From NCBI GenBank assembly GCA_031259515.1, contig JAIRLK010000194.1, positions 1-39,842 on the forward strand: DNA of 39,842 nucleotides. Direction: 5' to 3'. The notes under the pieces were generated by a model that did not search any database, had not been told where the DNA came from, and was given only the letters and a program-made list of their open reading frames with translations. This DNA comes from Treponema sp. (GTDB lineage Bacteria; Spirochaetota; Spirochaetia; Treponematales; Breznakiellaceae). This document shows positions 26,628-34,826 of this stretch, in pieces; position 1 is the first letter of the stretch, and each line of letters opens with the position of its first letter. The position numbers and the translations under genes are program-made.

Positions 26628-27452
26628 ATGGAAATCGTCGTCGCCGATCCGGCGAAAAACATCACGGTCTTTGTGCTTGGCGAAGCGGAGGATAGTGAAA
26701 AACGGGCTGAAACCGCCCGCTCCCTTTTGGCGGACCCCCGGTTCAAGGCGGAACAGGTGGGTTTTGTCCTGCCTCCCGTGCCAGGAAACGCGGGCCGCCG
26801 CCTTTGGCGTCTTGAAATGATGGGCGGTGAATTCTGCGGCAACGCCGCCCGGAGTTTCGGCCTTTTTATTGCCCGGGAAACAGGAAGCCGGGGCCGCGTT
26901 CCGGTTCCCATCGAAATTTCCGGCGTGGATACCCCTTTGATCGTTACCGTTGATACGGAGGCGGGTAGGGCGGAAGTCGAAATTCCCAAACCCCTTGCCA
27001 TAGACCGGGTCGAGGCGGGCGGCCCGGAGAGCTTTCCCCTCGTCATCTTTGACGGCATTGTTCACGCCATTGCCCCAGATATCAGCCCCGAAGAAACGGC
27101 GTTTCGCCGTATACAAACCGCGGTTGAAAAGCGTTGCCGGGATCTGGCCGGCACAAAACTGAGGAGCCATCCCGCCGCTATAGGGGTGATGTTCTTCGAT
27201 ACGGCAAGCCGCTTCATGACGCCGGCGGTGTACGTTGCCGCCACGGACTCCCTGGTTTTTGAGTCAAGCTGCGGTTCCGGGTCCGCCGCTCTCGCTGCCT
27301 GGGAAACTCGCAGCGCCGCCGACGGCGAACGCCGCCTGGAGGTGAGGCAACCCGGCGGCATTATCGAAGCCGGGATTTGCAGGAAGAACGGGGAGATTTC
27401 CCACATCGCTATCGGGGGACCGGTGAGGTTGAGCGGGAAAATAACGGTATAA
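26628..27452 (+). CDS. DapF-family (two-cysteine, PLP-independent) epimerase/racemase-like protein
   Basis: Both catalytic Cys contexts resemble diaminopimelate epimerase (GGEFCGNAARSFG and ESSCGSGSAALAAW), and the length of 274 aa fits. The N-terminal GNDF-type motif is absent, so the protein is divergent. Confidence 0.6.
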   Translation: MEIVVADPAKNITVFVLGEAEDSEKRAETARSLLADPRFKAEQVGFVLPPVPGNAGRRLWRLEMMGGEFCGNAARSFGLFIARETGSRGRVPVPIEISGVDTPLIVTVDTEAGRAEVEIPKPLAIDRVEAGGPESFPLVIFDGIVHAIAPDISPEETAFRRIQTAVEKRCRDLAGTKLRSHPAAIGVMFFDTASRFMTPAVYVAATDSLVFESSCGSGSAALAAWETRSAADGERRLEVRQPGGIIEAGICRKNGEISHIAIGGPVRLSGKITV

Positions 27453-27473
27453 CCGGGAATCCTGCCGGGGCCT

Positions 27474-28382
27474 TTAGCCTATTTCCCGGCGCTTTCCTAT
27501 TATTGAAGAAGCCGCCACCGCCGCTACGATGACGCTGCCTCCCGCAATGGCCGAGGCTGCGGGCGTCTCCCCGGTAACCAGGAGTACCCACACCGGGTTC
27601 AGGACAGGCTCTATCATGGCGGTGAGCATGGCCTGAATGGCGGGAACCCGTTTTATGCCGTAGGCAAAGAGCAGGGAAGCCAAGCCAATCTGGAAGACGC
27701 CCATAAACGCGACGGCCAGGAGGGCGTCGGAGTTCACGGACGGAGGATAGAAAAAGAAGAAAGGAACGCTGAACGCGGCGGTAAAGATATGGGCGAGGAG
27801 CATGGCGTCTGCGGGATCCCCGTCTTTCATCATACGCAAAAAGACGGAATTGAGTCCAAAACAGATGCCGGATAAGACGGCGATACCGTCCCCCAGGAGG
27901 CTGCGGGGCAAAACGCCGCCCCTAAGGCCGTCTGCCAGCGCCAAACTGTCTTTGAAGAAGAGGGCCATCCCCCCCATGACCAGAACCAAGGCGCCCCAGT
28001 GTTCCCATTGGGGCTTCTCGTGGATCAGCAGCCAGCCGAACATGGCCGCCCAGATCGGAGCGCCGTACTGGAGCAGGATGGCGTTTGCCGGCGCGGTAAG
28101 CTTATTGGCGATCACGAAGAGGAGCATAGTGGCGGCGTAGGCGCACCCCCCGGCGAAGATAGAGAGCGGCGGGGCCTTGGCCGTAACCTTGCGGGGCTTG
28201 AGGAATTTAACGGCCGCCAAAACCAGGGCGGCCAGAGAACTCCGCGCTCCGGCAATCAGAATGGGAGGCCAGTCCAGCAGCTTGATACATAGGCCGCTGG
28301 TACTCCAAAGGATGGCGCATAAAAAAATCGCCCCCTGGCCCAGATGCCGGGAGCTTTTATCAATATTGGGGAAATGCCTCAT
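27474..28382 (-). CDS. DMT superfamily transporter (EamA family)
   Basis: About ten hydrophobic helices in two EamA-like halves (GAIFLCAILWSTSGLCIKLL...). Confidence 0.8.
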   Translation of the reverse strand: MRHFPNIDKSSRHLGQGAIFLCAILWSTSGLCIKLLDWPPILIAGARSSLAALVLAAVKFLKPRKVTAKAPPLSIFAGGCAYAATMLLFVIANKLTAPANAILLQYGAPIWAAMFGWLLIHEKPQWEHWGALVLVMGGMALFFKDSLALADGLRGGVLPRSLLGDGIAVLSGICFGLNSVFLRMMKDGDPADAMLLAHIFTAAFSVPFFFFYPPSVNSDALLAVAFMGVFQIGLASLLFAYGIKRVPAIQAMLTAMIEPVLNPVWVLLVTGETPAASAIAGGSVIVAAVAASSIIGKRREIG

Positions 28383-28432
28383 AAGAGTAGTATCATAGCT
28401 TCATTTTAATCCCTGGGCAATATGAAATCTTC

Positions 28433-28520
28433 GAGGGGTGGGGGGACAAGTCCCCTGGAACCAGAGCGCCGCAGGGCGTAGGGGTCGGACTTGCGGAACA
28501 AGTCCGCGGCCTCCCTTCCT
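28433..28520 (+). repeat. GC-rich intergenic repeat family, copy A
   Basis: GAGGGGTGGGGGGACAAGTCCCCTGG...AGGGGTCGGACTTGCGGAACAAGTCCGCGGCCTCCCTTCC. The 3' block matches about 30 of 38 positions with the reverse complement of 37117-37156. Confidence 0.6.
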
Positions 28521-28530
28521 TCGTTTCGGC

Positions 28531-28557
28531 TAATTTTTTTGTTTTTGACGCCGATAA
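28531..28557 (+). promoter_or_regulatory. sigma28 (FliA)-type promoter candidate upstream of flgF
   Basis: TAAT (28531-28534), a 15-nt spacer, then GCCGATAA (28550-28557). The -10 element equals the sigma28 consensus GCCGATAA, and the -35 is 3 of 4 to TAAA. Confidence 0.5.
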
Positions 28558-28796
28558 TAAAGAAATCCTCGGAGCCTGTTGCACAGGTGGATTTTTACGG
28601 TACTTTTGCTCAGGACTAGCAGTTTGTTGCGCTTCGCGCATAAAATCCTGAAAAATCACCGGTTAGGCGATTTTTACCCTGCAAACTGCCATCGAACCAA
28701 AGGTTCGCAGGAGACCGATAATCGTGGTTTTTGCGGTGTTTTGTGTTGCAAAAACCAACAAGTGCAACAGGTTCCTAGGCGATTCCGGAGGTTCAA

Positions 28797-29648
28797 TTGA
28801 TCAGGGGATGGTATACGGGCGCCAGCGGCATGAGGGCCCAGCAGTGGCGGCTTGACGCGGTGGCGAATAACCTCGCAAATGCGGATGTAACCGCGTATAA
28901 AAAGGACGTTACCCTTCACAAAGCCTTTCCGGAACTTCTTATGCGCAGGATGAGCGACGACGGCGTGTACCGGCATCCTTTTGGTTCAGGGGACGAAGCG
29001 CCCGTCATCGGAAAGCTGGGGACCGGGGTAGAGGTGAATGAACTCTTTACGATATTTGAGCAGGGCGCTCTTAAGGAAACTCAAAGTGATTTTGACGTTG
29101 CCCTGGACGGTAAGGGTTTTTTCGCCGTGGCGACCCCCTGGGGAGAACGGTATACCCGGAACGGCTCGTTTCTGTTAGGGAAAGAAGGTTACCTGGAAAC
29201 CAAAGAAGGCTATCCCGTGCTGGGGGAAAACGGCCCGCTCCGGGTCCAGGCCAACAATTTTCAGGTTGACAAGGACGGACGGGTCTGGATTAACGCCGAA
29301 TATGCCGATGATCCCGCAGGTATGGTTTCCCGGGAAAACAACGCCTGGGGAGAGACGGTACTCCTGGATACTCTGAAGATCGTGGATTTCGACCTGGACC
29401 GGTACCTTCAAAAGCAGGGATCCAGCCTTTACCGGGCTACTGATACTTCAGGGGAAGGACAGGTCCTGGAAGGGGAGGCCCGGCCGCGGGTAATACAGGG
29501 TTTTATTGAGGCCGCCAACGTGGATCCGGTGGTAGAAATGGTCCAGATGATCGAAGTGAACCGGGCTTACGAGGCCAACCAAAAAGTGATACAAACCGGC
29601 GATGCCATGCTTGGGGTTCTCCTCAACCAGGTGTCCCGGTTCGCGTGA
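28797..29648 (+). CDS. flgF: flagellar basal-body rod protein (FlgF/FlhO-like)
   Basis: N-terminal rod motif GASGMRAQQWRLDAVANNLANADVTAYKK and C-terminal VEMVQMIEVNRAYEANQKVIQTGD. The start is TTG, preceded by GGAGG. Confidence 0.75.
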   Translation: MIRGWYTGASGMRAQQWRLDAVANNLANADVTAYKKDVTLHKAFPELLMRRMSDDGVYRHPFGSGDEAPVIGKLGTGVEVNELFTIFEQGALKETQSDFDVALDGKGFFAVATPWGERYTRNGSFLLGKEGYLETKEGYPVLGENGPLRVQANNFQVDKDGRVWINAEYADDPAGMVSRENNAWGETVLLDTLKIVDFDLDRYLQKQGSSLYRATDTSGEGQVLEGEARPRVIQGFIEAANVDPVVEMVQMIEVNRAYEANQKVIQTGDAMLGVLLNQVSRFA

Positions 29649-29679
29649 GTTTGCGGCCGGCAAACTGAGGGAGTAATGA

Positions 29680-30474
29680 ATGGTACGAAGTTTATGGACC
29701 GGCGCGTCCGGCATGATTGGGCAGCAGGCAAACATAGATACGATCTCCAATAACCTGGCAAACGTGAACACTGCGGGATTTAAAAAGATGCGGGCGGATT
29801 TTGAGGACCTCCTGTATCAGACCATCAAGACCGCCGGAACGCCCGCTACCGAGGACACGGTGGTTCCGGTGGGAATGCAGATGGGTCATGGGGTAAAACT
29901 TGCCGCCACGCAGCGTATGTTCAGCCAGGGGGCTCTTCAGAATACCGAGAATGTCTATGACATGGCCATACAAGGCGAGGGCTTTTTCCGTATTCAGATG
30001 TACGACGGTACGTATGCCTACACCCGGGACGGCGCCTTCAAAGTGGACTCCGACGGGCGGCTCGTAACATCCAACGGGTATTGGGTCCTGCCGGATATTA
30101 TCATGCCGGAAAATTTCCTCCCTCAAACCATTGCGGTTACCAAGGACGGGCGGGTTTCGGTGAAGATCCCCAATACCGATGATCCGGTAGATGTGGGCCG
30201 CATTGAGCTTTACCGGTTTCCCAATCCCGTGGGCCTTACCGCAGTAGGGGAAAACCTCTTCAAGGTAACCAACGCATCGGGAGACCCCATAGCGGGCCGT
30301 CCCGGCTATGAAGGAATGGGGCAAGTCATCCACAAATTTCTGGAAATGTCCAACGTGTCGGTCGTGCGGGAAATGGTGGACCTCATCGTTGCCCAGCGGG
30401 CATACGAGTTCAACTCCCGGACCATACAGACCAGCGACAACATGCTGGGAACCGCTACCAGTCTGAAGCGATAG
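29680..30474 (+). CDS. flgG: flagellar basal-body rod protein FlgG
   Basis: MVRSLWTGASGMIGQQANIDTISNNLANVNTAGFKK ... MVDLIVAQRAYEFNSRTIQTSDNML is typical of the distal rod protein. Confidence 0.9.
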   Translation: MVRSLWTGASGMIGQQANIDTISNNLANVNTAGFKKMRADFEDLLYQTIKTAGTPATEDTVVPVGMQMGHGVKLAATQRMFSQGALQNTENVYDMAIQGEGFFRIQMYDGTYAYTRDGAFKVDSDGRLVTSNGYWVLPDIIMPENFLPQTIAVTKDGRVSVKIPNTDDPVDVGRIELYRFPNPVGLTAVGENLFKVTNASGDPIAGRPGYEGMGQVIHKFLEMSNVSVVREMVDLIVAQRAYEFNSRTIQTSDNMLGTATSLKR

Positions 30475-30482
30475 GAAATTAT

Positions 30483-30950
30483 ATGGATATAAACGCTATT
30501 GGTTCGTATCTGAACACGGTGCAGCAGGCGCCCTTTTCCCAGCGGCTCACGGGCGGCTCTCAGGAAACATCCGGCGGAAGGGATACGGTATTTGCCGGCA
30601 TCCTCGACAAACTCCGGAACGCCCAGGTTGCGGGGCCCGAAAACAAACCCGCCCCGGCCCTGTCCAGCCGGAAGCCGGTCATCGACAAAACCGGCAAACT
30701 CTACGAGCAATGCGAAGCCCTGGAGACCTTCCTGGTAAAGACCCTTATCAGCGGGATGCGGAATACGGTGCAAAAATCGGACCTCATCGACACCGGTTTT
30801 GCGGGTCAGATGTACGAGGACATGCTCTACGACGAATACGCCAAAGACTTTACCCGCAATGCAAACTTCGGCCTTGCGGAACTGGCCTATTTGGAACTCA
30901 CCGGACAGCGGGGCAAAGCGGTGGCCGGCGGCCCGGTAAATCAGACGTAA
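30483..30950 (+). CDS. flagellar rod-binding protein (FlgJ N-terminal domain-like)
   Basis: Rod-binding type block LETFLVKTLISGMRNTV...GQMYEDMLYDEYAKDF, located immediately downstream of flgG. Confidence 0.65.
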   Translation: MDINAIGSYLNTVQQAPFSQRLTGGSQETSGGRDTVFAGILDKLRNAQVAGPENKPAPALSSRKPVIDKTGKLYEQCEALETFLVKTLISGMRNTVQKSDLIDTGFAGQMYEDMLYDEYAKDFTRNANFGLAELAYLELTGQRGKAVAGGPVNQT

Positions 30951-30955
30951 AATCC

Positions 30956-31996
30956 TTAGCCTGTTGGCGTACCCCCAAGTTGCCCGCAGGCGCCGCCTAT
31001 ACTCCGGCCCTTTCTGAAACGCCGGGTAACGTTTAGGCCCAGCTTTCCAAGCCATAGCTCCAGGCGGGCGATTTCCCCGGCATCAGGTTCCCGCAAGGGC
31101 CGGCCCTCAAAGCCCAGTCCCTCCACAGGGTTCCAGGGTATCAGGTTTACGGCCACGTTAAGACCGGCGGCAAAGTCCGCCAGGGCATCCGCGTCTTTAG
31201 GGCGGGTATTGACGCCTCCTAAAAGGACCGCCTCCAGGGTGATGCGCTGTCCCGTCTGTTCCTGGTATTGGCGGAGGGCTTCTTTTACTGCGGGGAGGGG
31301 GTCCGCCGCCGGCAGAAGGCGGCGGCGGAGTTTCTCATCGGCGGTAGTGAGGGACAGGGCCAGACGGAAACGGGGGCCGTTTTCCCCCAGGTCCCTGATT
31401 CCCGCGACAATGCCGCAGGTAGAGACAGTGATACGCCGGGGTGAGAAGCCCATACTCTCGCCGCCGGTCAGGACAGCCGCAGCCCGGCGGAGTTCCTGTA
31501 GGTTGAGCAGTGGTTCCCCCATGCCCATGAACACGATGTTGGCGATATCCCCCGCGATTCCTTTAAGCCGGAAAAACTGACTCCCTATTTCGGCGGAATC
31601 CAGGTTGCGGCGGAAGCCCAGGGCACCGGTCTTGCAGAAAATGCAACCCATGGGGCAACCCGCCTGGGTGGAAAGACAGGCGGTCCTGCGTCCTTCCCCA
31701 TCGGTGAGCAGTACAGCCTCGACGCAGTACCCGTCGTCAAGGGTAATCCTGAGCTTCACCGTTCCGTCGGGGTCCCGCAGTTCGGCGGCTACTTCGCCGG
31801 GATAGAGGGCAAACCGCTCACTCAGTTCCGCTCTCAGGGGCAGGGGGAGGTCAGTCATGTCGTCAAAGGTTCCGGCGCCCCGGTGTATCCAGGAAAATAG
31901 CTGCTTTGCCCGGTATCCGGGCAGGGGAGAAAGAAGAACCGCCAGCTCCTCCACCGGAAGAGCGGCAAGAACGGGACGCCCGGCGTTGCGGGGCAT
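30956..31996 (-). CDS. rlmN: 23S rRNA (adenine2503-C2)/tRNA methyltransferase RlmN (radical SAM)
   Basis: YRAKQLFSWI, the radical-SAM cluster motif CPMGCIFC, GMGEPL, and C-terminal ACGQL. The start is taken at MPRNAG (31996), 1 nt after the TPR gene stop. Confidence 0.9.
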   Translation of the reverse strand: MPRNAGRPVLAALPVEELAVLLSPLPGYRAKQLFSWIHRGAGTFDDMTDLPLPLRAELSERFALYPGEVAAELRDPDGTVKLRITLDDGYCVEAVLLTDGEGRRTACLSTQAGCPMGCIFCKTGALGFRRNLDSAEIGSQFFRLKGIAGDIANIVFMGMGEPLLNLQELRRAAAVLTGGESMGFSPRRITVSTCGIVAGIRDLGENGPRFRLALSLTTADEKLRRRLLPAADPLPAVKEALRQYQEQTGQRITLEAVLLGGVNTRPKDADALADFAAGLNVAVNLIPWNPVEGLGFEGRPLREPDAGEIARLELWLGKLGLNVTRRFRKGRSIGGACGQLGGTPTG

Positions 31997-31997
31997 G

Positions 31998-33158
31998 TCA
32001 GGCTCTGAGTTTTTCCAGGAGTTCAATGACGGAAATGTTCCGCAGTCCCAGCTTTTGGAATTCCGTGAGGACATCTATTGCCTGTTTTTTGTCCCCTTTC
32101 TTGACATAACAATCCGCTAATTCAATGTAAAACCGGTAGTTTTTGGGGTCCTGCTGGATTAGGTGGCGCAGGGATTCGATGGCCTCATTGTATTTACCCT
32201 GAACTTTGGCGACTATCGCAAGCCCCAATACCGCGTAGGTGTCGAATTCGATGTTTAAAGCCCGGTGATAATACTCCGAAGCCTTTTCATACTCGGTAAG
32301 GTTACGGTACGCATCCCCAACCCGGGTCAGGATCACCTTGTTCCGCGGATCCTGCTCCAGGATACGGTTCCAGTATTCCAGGGGGCGGTACAAGTGATTC
32401 AAGCCCCGGTAACAGTCGGCCAGCCCGAAGAGGGCGTAGAAGTTGTAGGGATCCCGCTCCAGGGCTTTTTCAAAGTAGCCTATTCCCTTTTCAAAGGTCT
32501 TGAGTTTCCGGTGGCAGTTGCCTATGGAGGTCAGGACCCGGATATCCACGTTTTCCTTATTGGCCTCCAGCATCTTCTCCCAGTAGAACAGGGCCTCCCG
32601 GTATTCTTTGAAGTCGTAGTGCAGATGTCCCAGACCTATGATGGCGTAGGGATTTTGGTCTTCCATCTCCAGAACCCGCTGGTACACCATCTTGGAGTGC
32701 TTGAAATCCCGAATCTTCCGATAGGCATCGGCCACACGGGTCAGGACGGTGATGTTTTTGTCATCGTGGAGCAGGTATTGTTCCCATATTTCTATAGCCC
32801 GATGGTACTGATTCAGAGCTTTATAGCAGTCCGCTAAGCCGAACAAGGCGTAGTTATTCCCCGGATGGCAACTGAGGCAACGCTTGTAGTACTCCACAGC
32901 CTCCCGGAAAGATCCCCGTTTCCGGGTCGCGTCCCCCATGCCGACTAAGGCGTAATTGTTGTTTTCATCAGTCATCAGGATCTTACTGAAACATTCCACC
33001 GCTTCGGCAATCTTGTTTTCTTTCAAAAGAAGGTATCCTTTTTTTGAGAGTACCGATATATCCAAAACTTCTTCATCCAGGCCGGCGGAGAGATTCAGCG
33101 CCGGCTTCCTGGAAACGCCCAGGTCCATTATCCCCTGTTGGTTTTCACTATTGTTCAT
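31998..33158 (-). CDS. tetratricopeptide (TPR) repeat protein
   Basis: About ten successive 34-aa repeats with the A-x-x-x-Y/F...A-L...P-x-N pattern (for example AVEYYKRCLSCHPGNNYALFGLADCY). Confidence 0.8.
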   Translation of the reverse strand: MNNSENQQGIMDLGVSRKPALNLSAGLDEEVLDISVLSKKGYLLLKENKIAEAVECFSKILMTDENNNYALVGMGDATRKRGSFREAVEYYKRCLSCHPGNNYALFGLADCYKALNQYHRAIEIWEQYLLHDDKNITVLTRVADAYRKIRDFKHSKMVYQRVLEMEDQNPYAIIGLGHLHYDFKEYREALFYWEKMLEANKENVDIRVLTSIGNCHRKLKTFEKGIGYFEKALERDPYNFYALFGLADCYRGLNHLYRPLEYWNRILEQDPRNKVILTRVGDAYRNLTEYEKASEYYHRALNIEFDTYAVLGLAIVAKVQGKYNEAIESLRHLIQQDPKNYRFYIELADCYVKKGDKKQAIDVLTEFQKLGLRNISVIELLEKLRA

Positions 33159-33183
33159 TTAGAAGTATCCTCTTTTTCATATA

Positions 33184-33555
33184 TCATACTTTTTCATAGA
33201 TCATACTTTTGATGATTTCGGATAATTCTACGATAATTGATTCAGACTTCTTTTTGTCCGGAGCAATCCAATACATACGAAGAGCATCTAAAATTTTTCC
33301 TTTGGATAGGTAGAAATCGCCTATTCTCACCAGACCGTCGGAATACCCGGTGGTTAAAAAAATCCTTCGAGCGCCCTCTATATTCCCTTCGTTGTATAGA
33401 ATATTACCTTTACGGTTTAACGCAACTTTCTGCTCTCGGCTAATCTGAGGCTTGGAGAAGGTTTTTAGAAAAACGGCCTGATCTTCAAAACGGTTCAATA
33501 CACTTGTGTAATCCATACCATTCCTAAATAAGTTATTACTACTCTTGTTCGCCAT
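33184..33555 (-). CDS. hypothetical protein (short, TPR-like helical segment)
   Basis: ORF with its likely start at MANKSSNN (33555). The segment NILYNEGNIEGARRIFLTTGYSDGLVRIGDFYLSKGKILDALRMY looks like 1-2 TPR/Sel1-type repeats. Its position inside the operon supports coding. Confidence 0.5.
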   Translation of the reverse strand: MANKSSNNLFRNGMDYTSVLNRFEDQAVFLKTFSKPQISREQKVALNRKGNILYNEGNIEGARRIFLTTGYSDGLVRIGDFYLSKGKILDALRMYWIAPDKKKSESIIVELSEIIKSMIYEKV

Positions 33556-33660
33556 TTTTAACCAAATTGCAACCAAAATTTTTGGACTTCGTAACAAAGT
33601 ACGCCTTAAACTGACCGCACATGCTATGTATACTATAGCATATATTACAAAACAAGTCAA

Positions 33661-34197
33661 CTATTTTTTCGCTAAAAAAGCAAAAAAATCTACAACAGAA
33701 CGTCCATAAACCTTTGAGGTTTCTAACAAAAACCCCTCAATTCTATTATAACCATCTTCCCGGGGTCTGTGCAAGAGTATTCGTGAGCCGGGATGTACCA
33801 GAGGAGAGGCCGCTATGGATTTAAGGAGGTCCTCCTTGTATTTATAGGGGAAAGGAGGGTCGCAAAAAATCACGTCAAAGGACTTTTTAGCCCGGGATAC
33901 ATAGCGTTCGGCGGCTATAAAACGGCAATATATCCGTACCGGGGACATGGAAACGTTTTTCAGGAGGGTTTTCCGTTTTAGGGGGTCTTTTTCAACCGCT
34001 TCCACCGGCGCGGCGCCCCGGGAAGCCGCTTCCAGAGCGATGATACCGGAACCGGAGAAGATGTCAAGAAAGGAAAAGCCAGAGAGATCCCCCAGGACCG
34101 CAAAGACCGATTCCCTCATACGGTCCATGGCGGGACGGATTTTACCTTCCGGGACTTCCACCCGCCGTCCCGCAAGTATACCGCCGGTAATTCTCAT
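33661..34197 (-). CDS. rsmD: 16S rRNA (guanine966-N2)-methyltransferase RsmD
   Basis: MRITGGILAGRRV...RPAMDRMRESVFAVL...FLDIFSGSGIIALEAASRGA...IFCDPPFPY, which includes the DPPF/Y motif. Confidence 0.85.
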   Translation of the reverse strand: MRITGGILAGRRVEVPEGKIRPAMDRMRESVFAVLGDLSGFSFLDIFSGSGIIALEAASRGAAPVEAVEKDPLKRKTLLKNVSMSPVRIYCRFIAAERYVSRAKKSFDVIFCDPPFPYKYKEDLLKSIAASPLVHPGSRILLHRPREDGYNRIEGFLLETSKVYGRSVVDFFAFLAKK

Positions 34198-34198
34198 A

Positions 34199-34648
34199 TT
34201 ATTTGAGACTTTGAAAAAGCTCGCTTAACTCATCGGAACTCACCAAGGAGTCTATCAATACCCCTTCGGTTTCAGAATCAATGATATTTCCGATGGTCTT
34301 TCGCCGTTCCTGGGTATGGTTCCACAGGAGGGTAAGGCGGTCGCGGATCTTCGGAAATTGGCCCGCCGAGATGTCGCTGTCCCCATCGATCTGGTCCGAA
34401 AGGACTTCCCCAAAGATCCGTTCGGTTTCGGCCAGATTGTGGAATTGTTCCGTTCGTTCGATAAAATGCTTATTAGCCGAAAGCTGCTCCAGAAGGATAG
34501 AGAGGGTTCTATCGATAAAATTTACATCATCCAGCGTTTTTTCCAGAAACAACTCCGGGTCGGCATCCAGGAGGAGCATATCCCGAATTATTCTGATTCG
34601 GGTATTGATGATAAAGATGGAATCCTCAAAGTTAATATGCCTATGCAT
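34199..34648 (-). CDS. hypothetical protein
   Basis: A 149-aa acidic ORF whose stop abuts the rsmD start. I recognise no motif. Confidence 0.5.
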   Translation of the reverse strand: MHRHINFEDSIFIINTRIRIIRDMLLLDADPELFLEKTLDDVNFIDRTLSILLEQLSANKHFIERTEQFHNLAETERIFGEVLSDQIDGDSDISAGQFPKIRDRLTLLWNHTQERRKTIGNIIDSETEGVLIDSLVSSDELSELFQSLK

Positions 34649-34826
34649 ACTTCATATATCGGTGTTATCTCGTTGCTTTATCTGTTTTTTTTGCGGCTAT
34701 TCATTGCCCTCCCGTTATGTCCCGTGTCCGGTCCTATGAAGGGCAAAACCCCGCAGGCTCCAAAGGATCCCCGTTAATCGGAATTTTCTGCATGAATAAG
34801 CAAAAAATCCACAAGTGCAACAGGCT

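Noticed and set aside
28758-28771. An identical 14-mer, ACAAGTGCAACAGG, also present at 34811-34824.
   Set aside because: A few 14-nt matches are expected by chance in about 40 kb on both strands. The two sites have no consistent position or orientation relative to genes or promoters.
28579-28800. A 73-aa ORF inside the flgF leader as a small protein gene.
   Set aside because: It has a TTG start without a Shine-Dalgarno and a Cys/Arg-rich translation. It ends by overlapping the flgF start. The region is more likely an untranslated leader.
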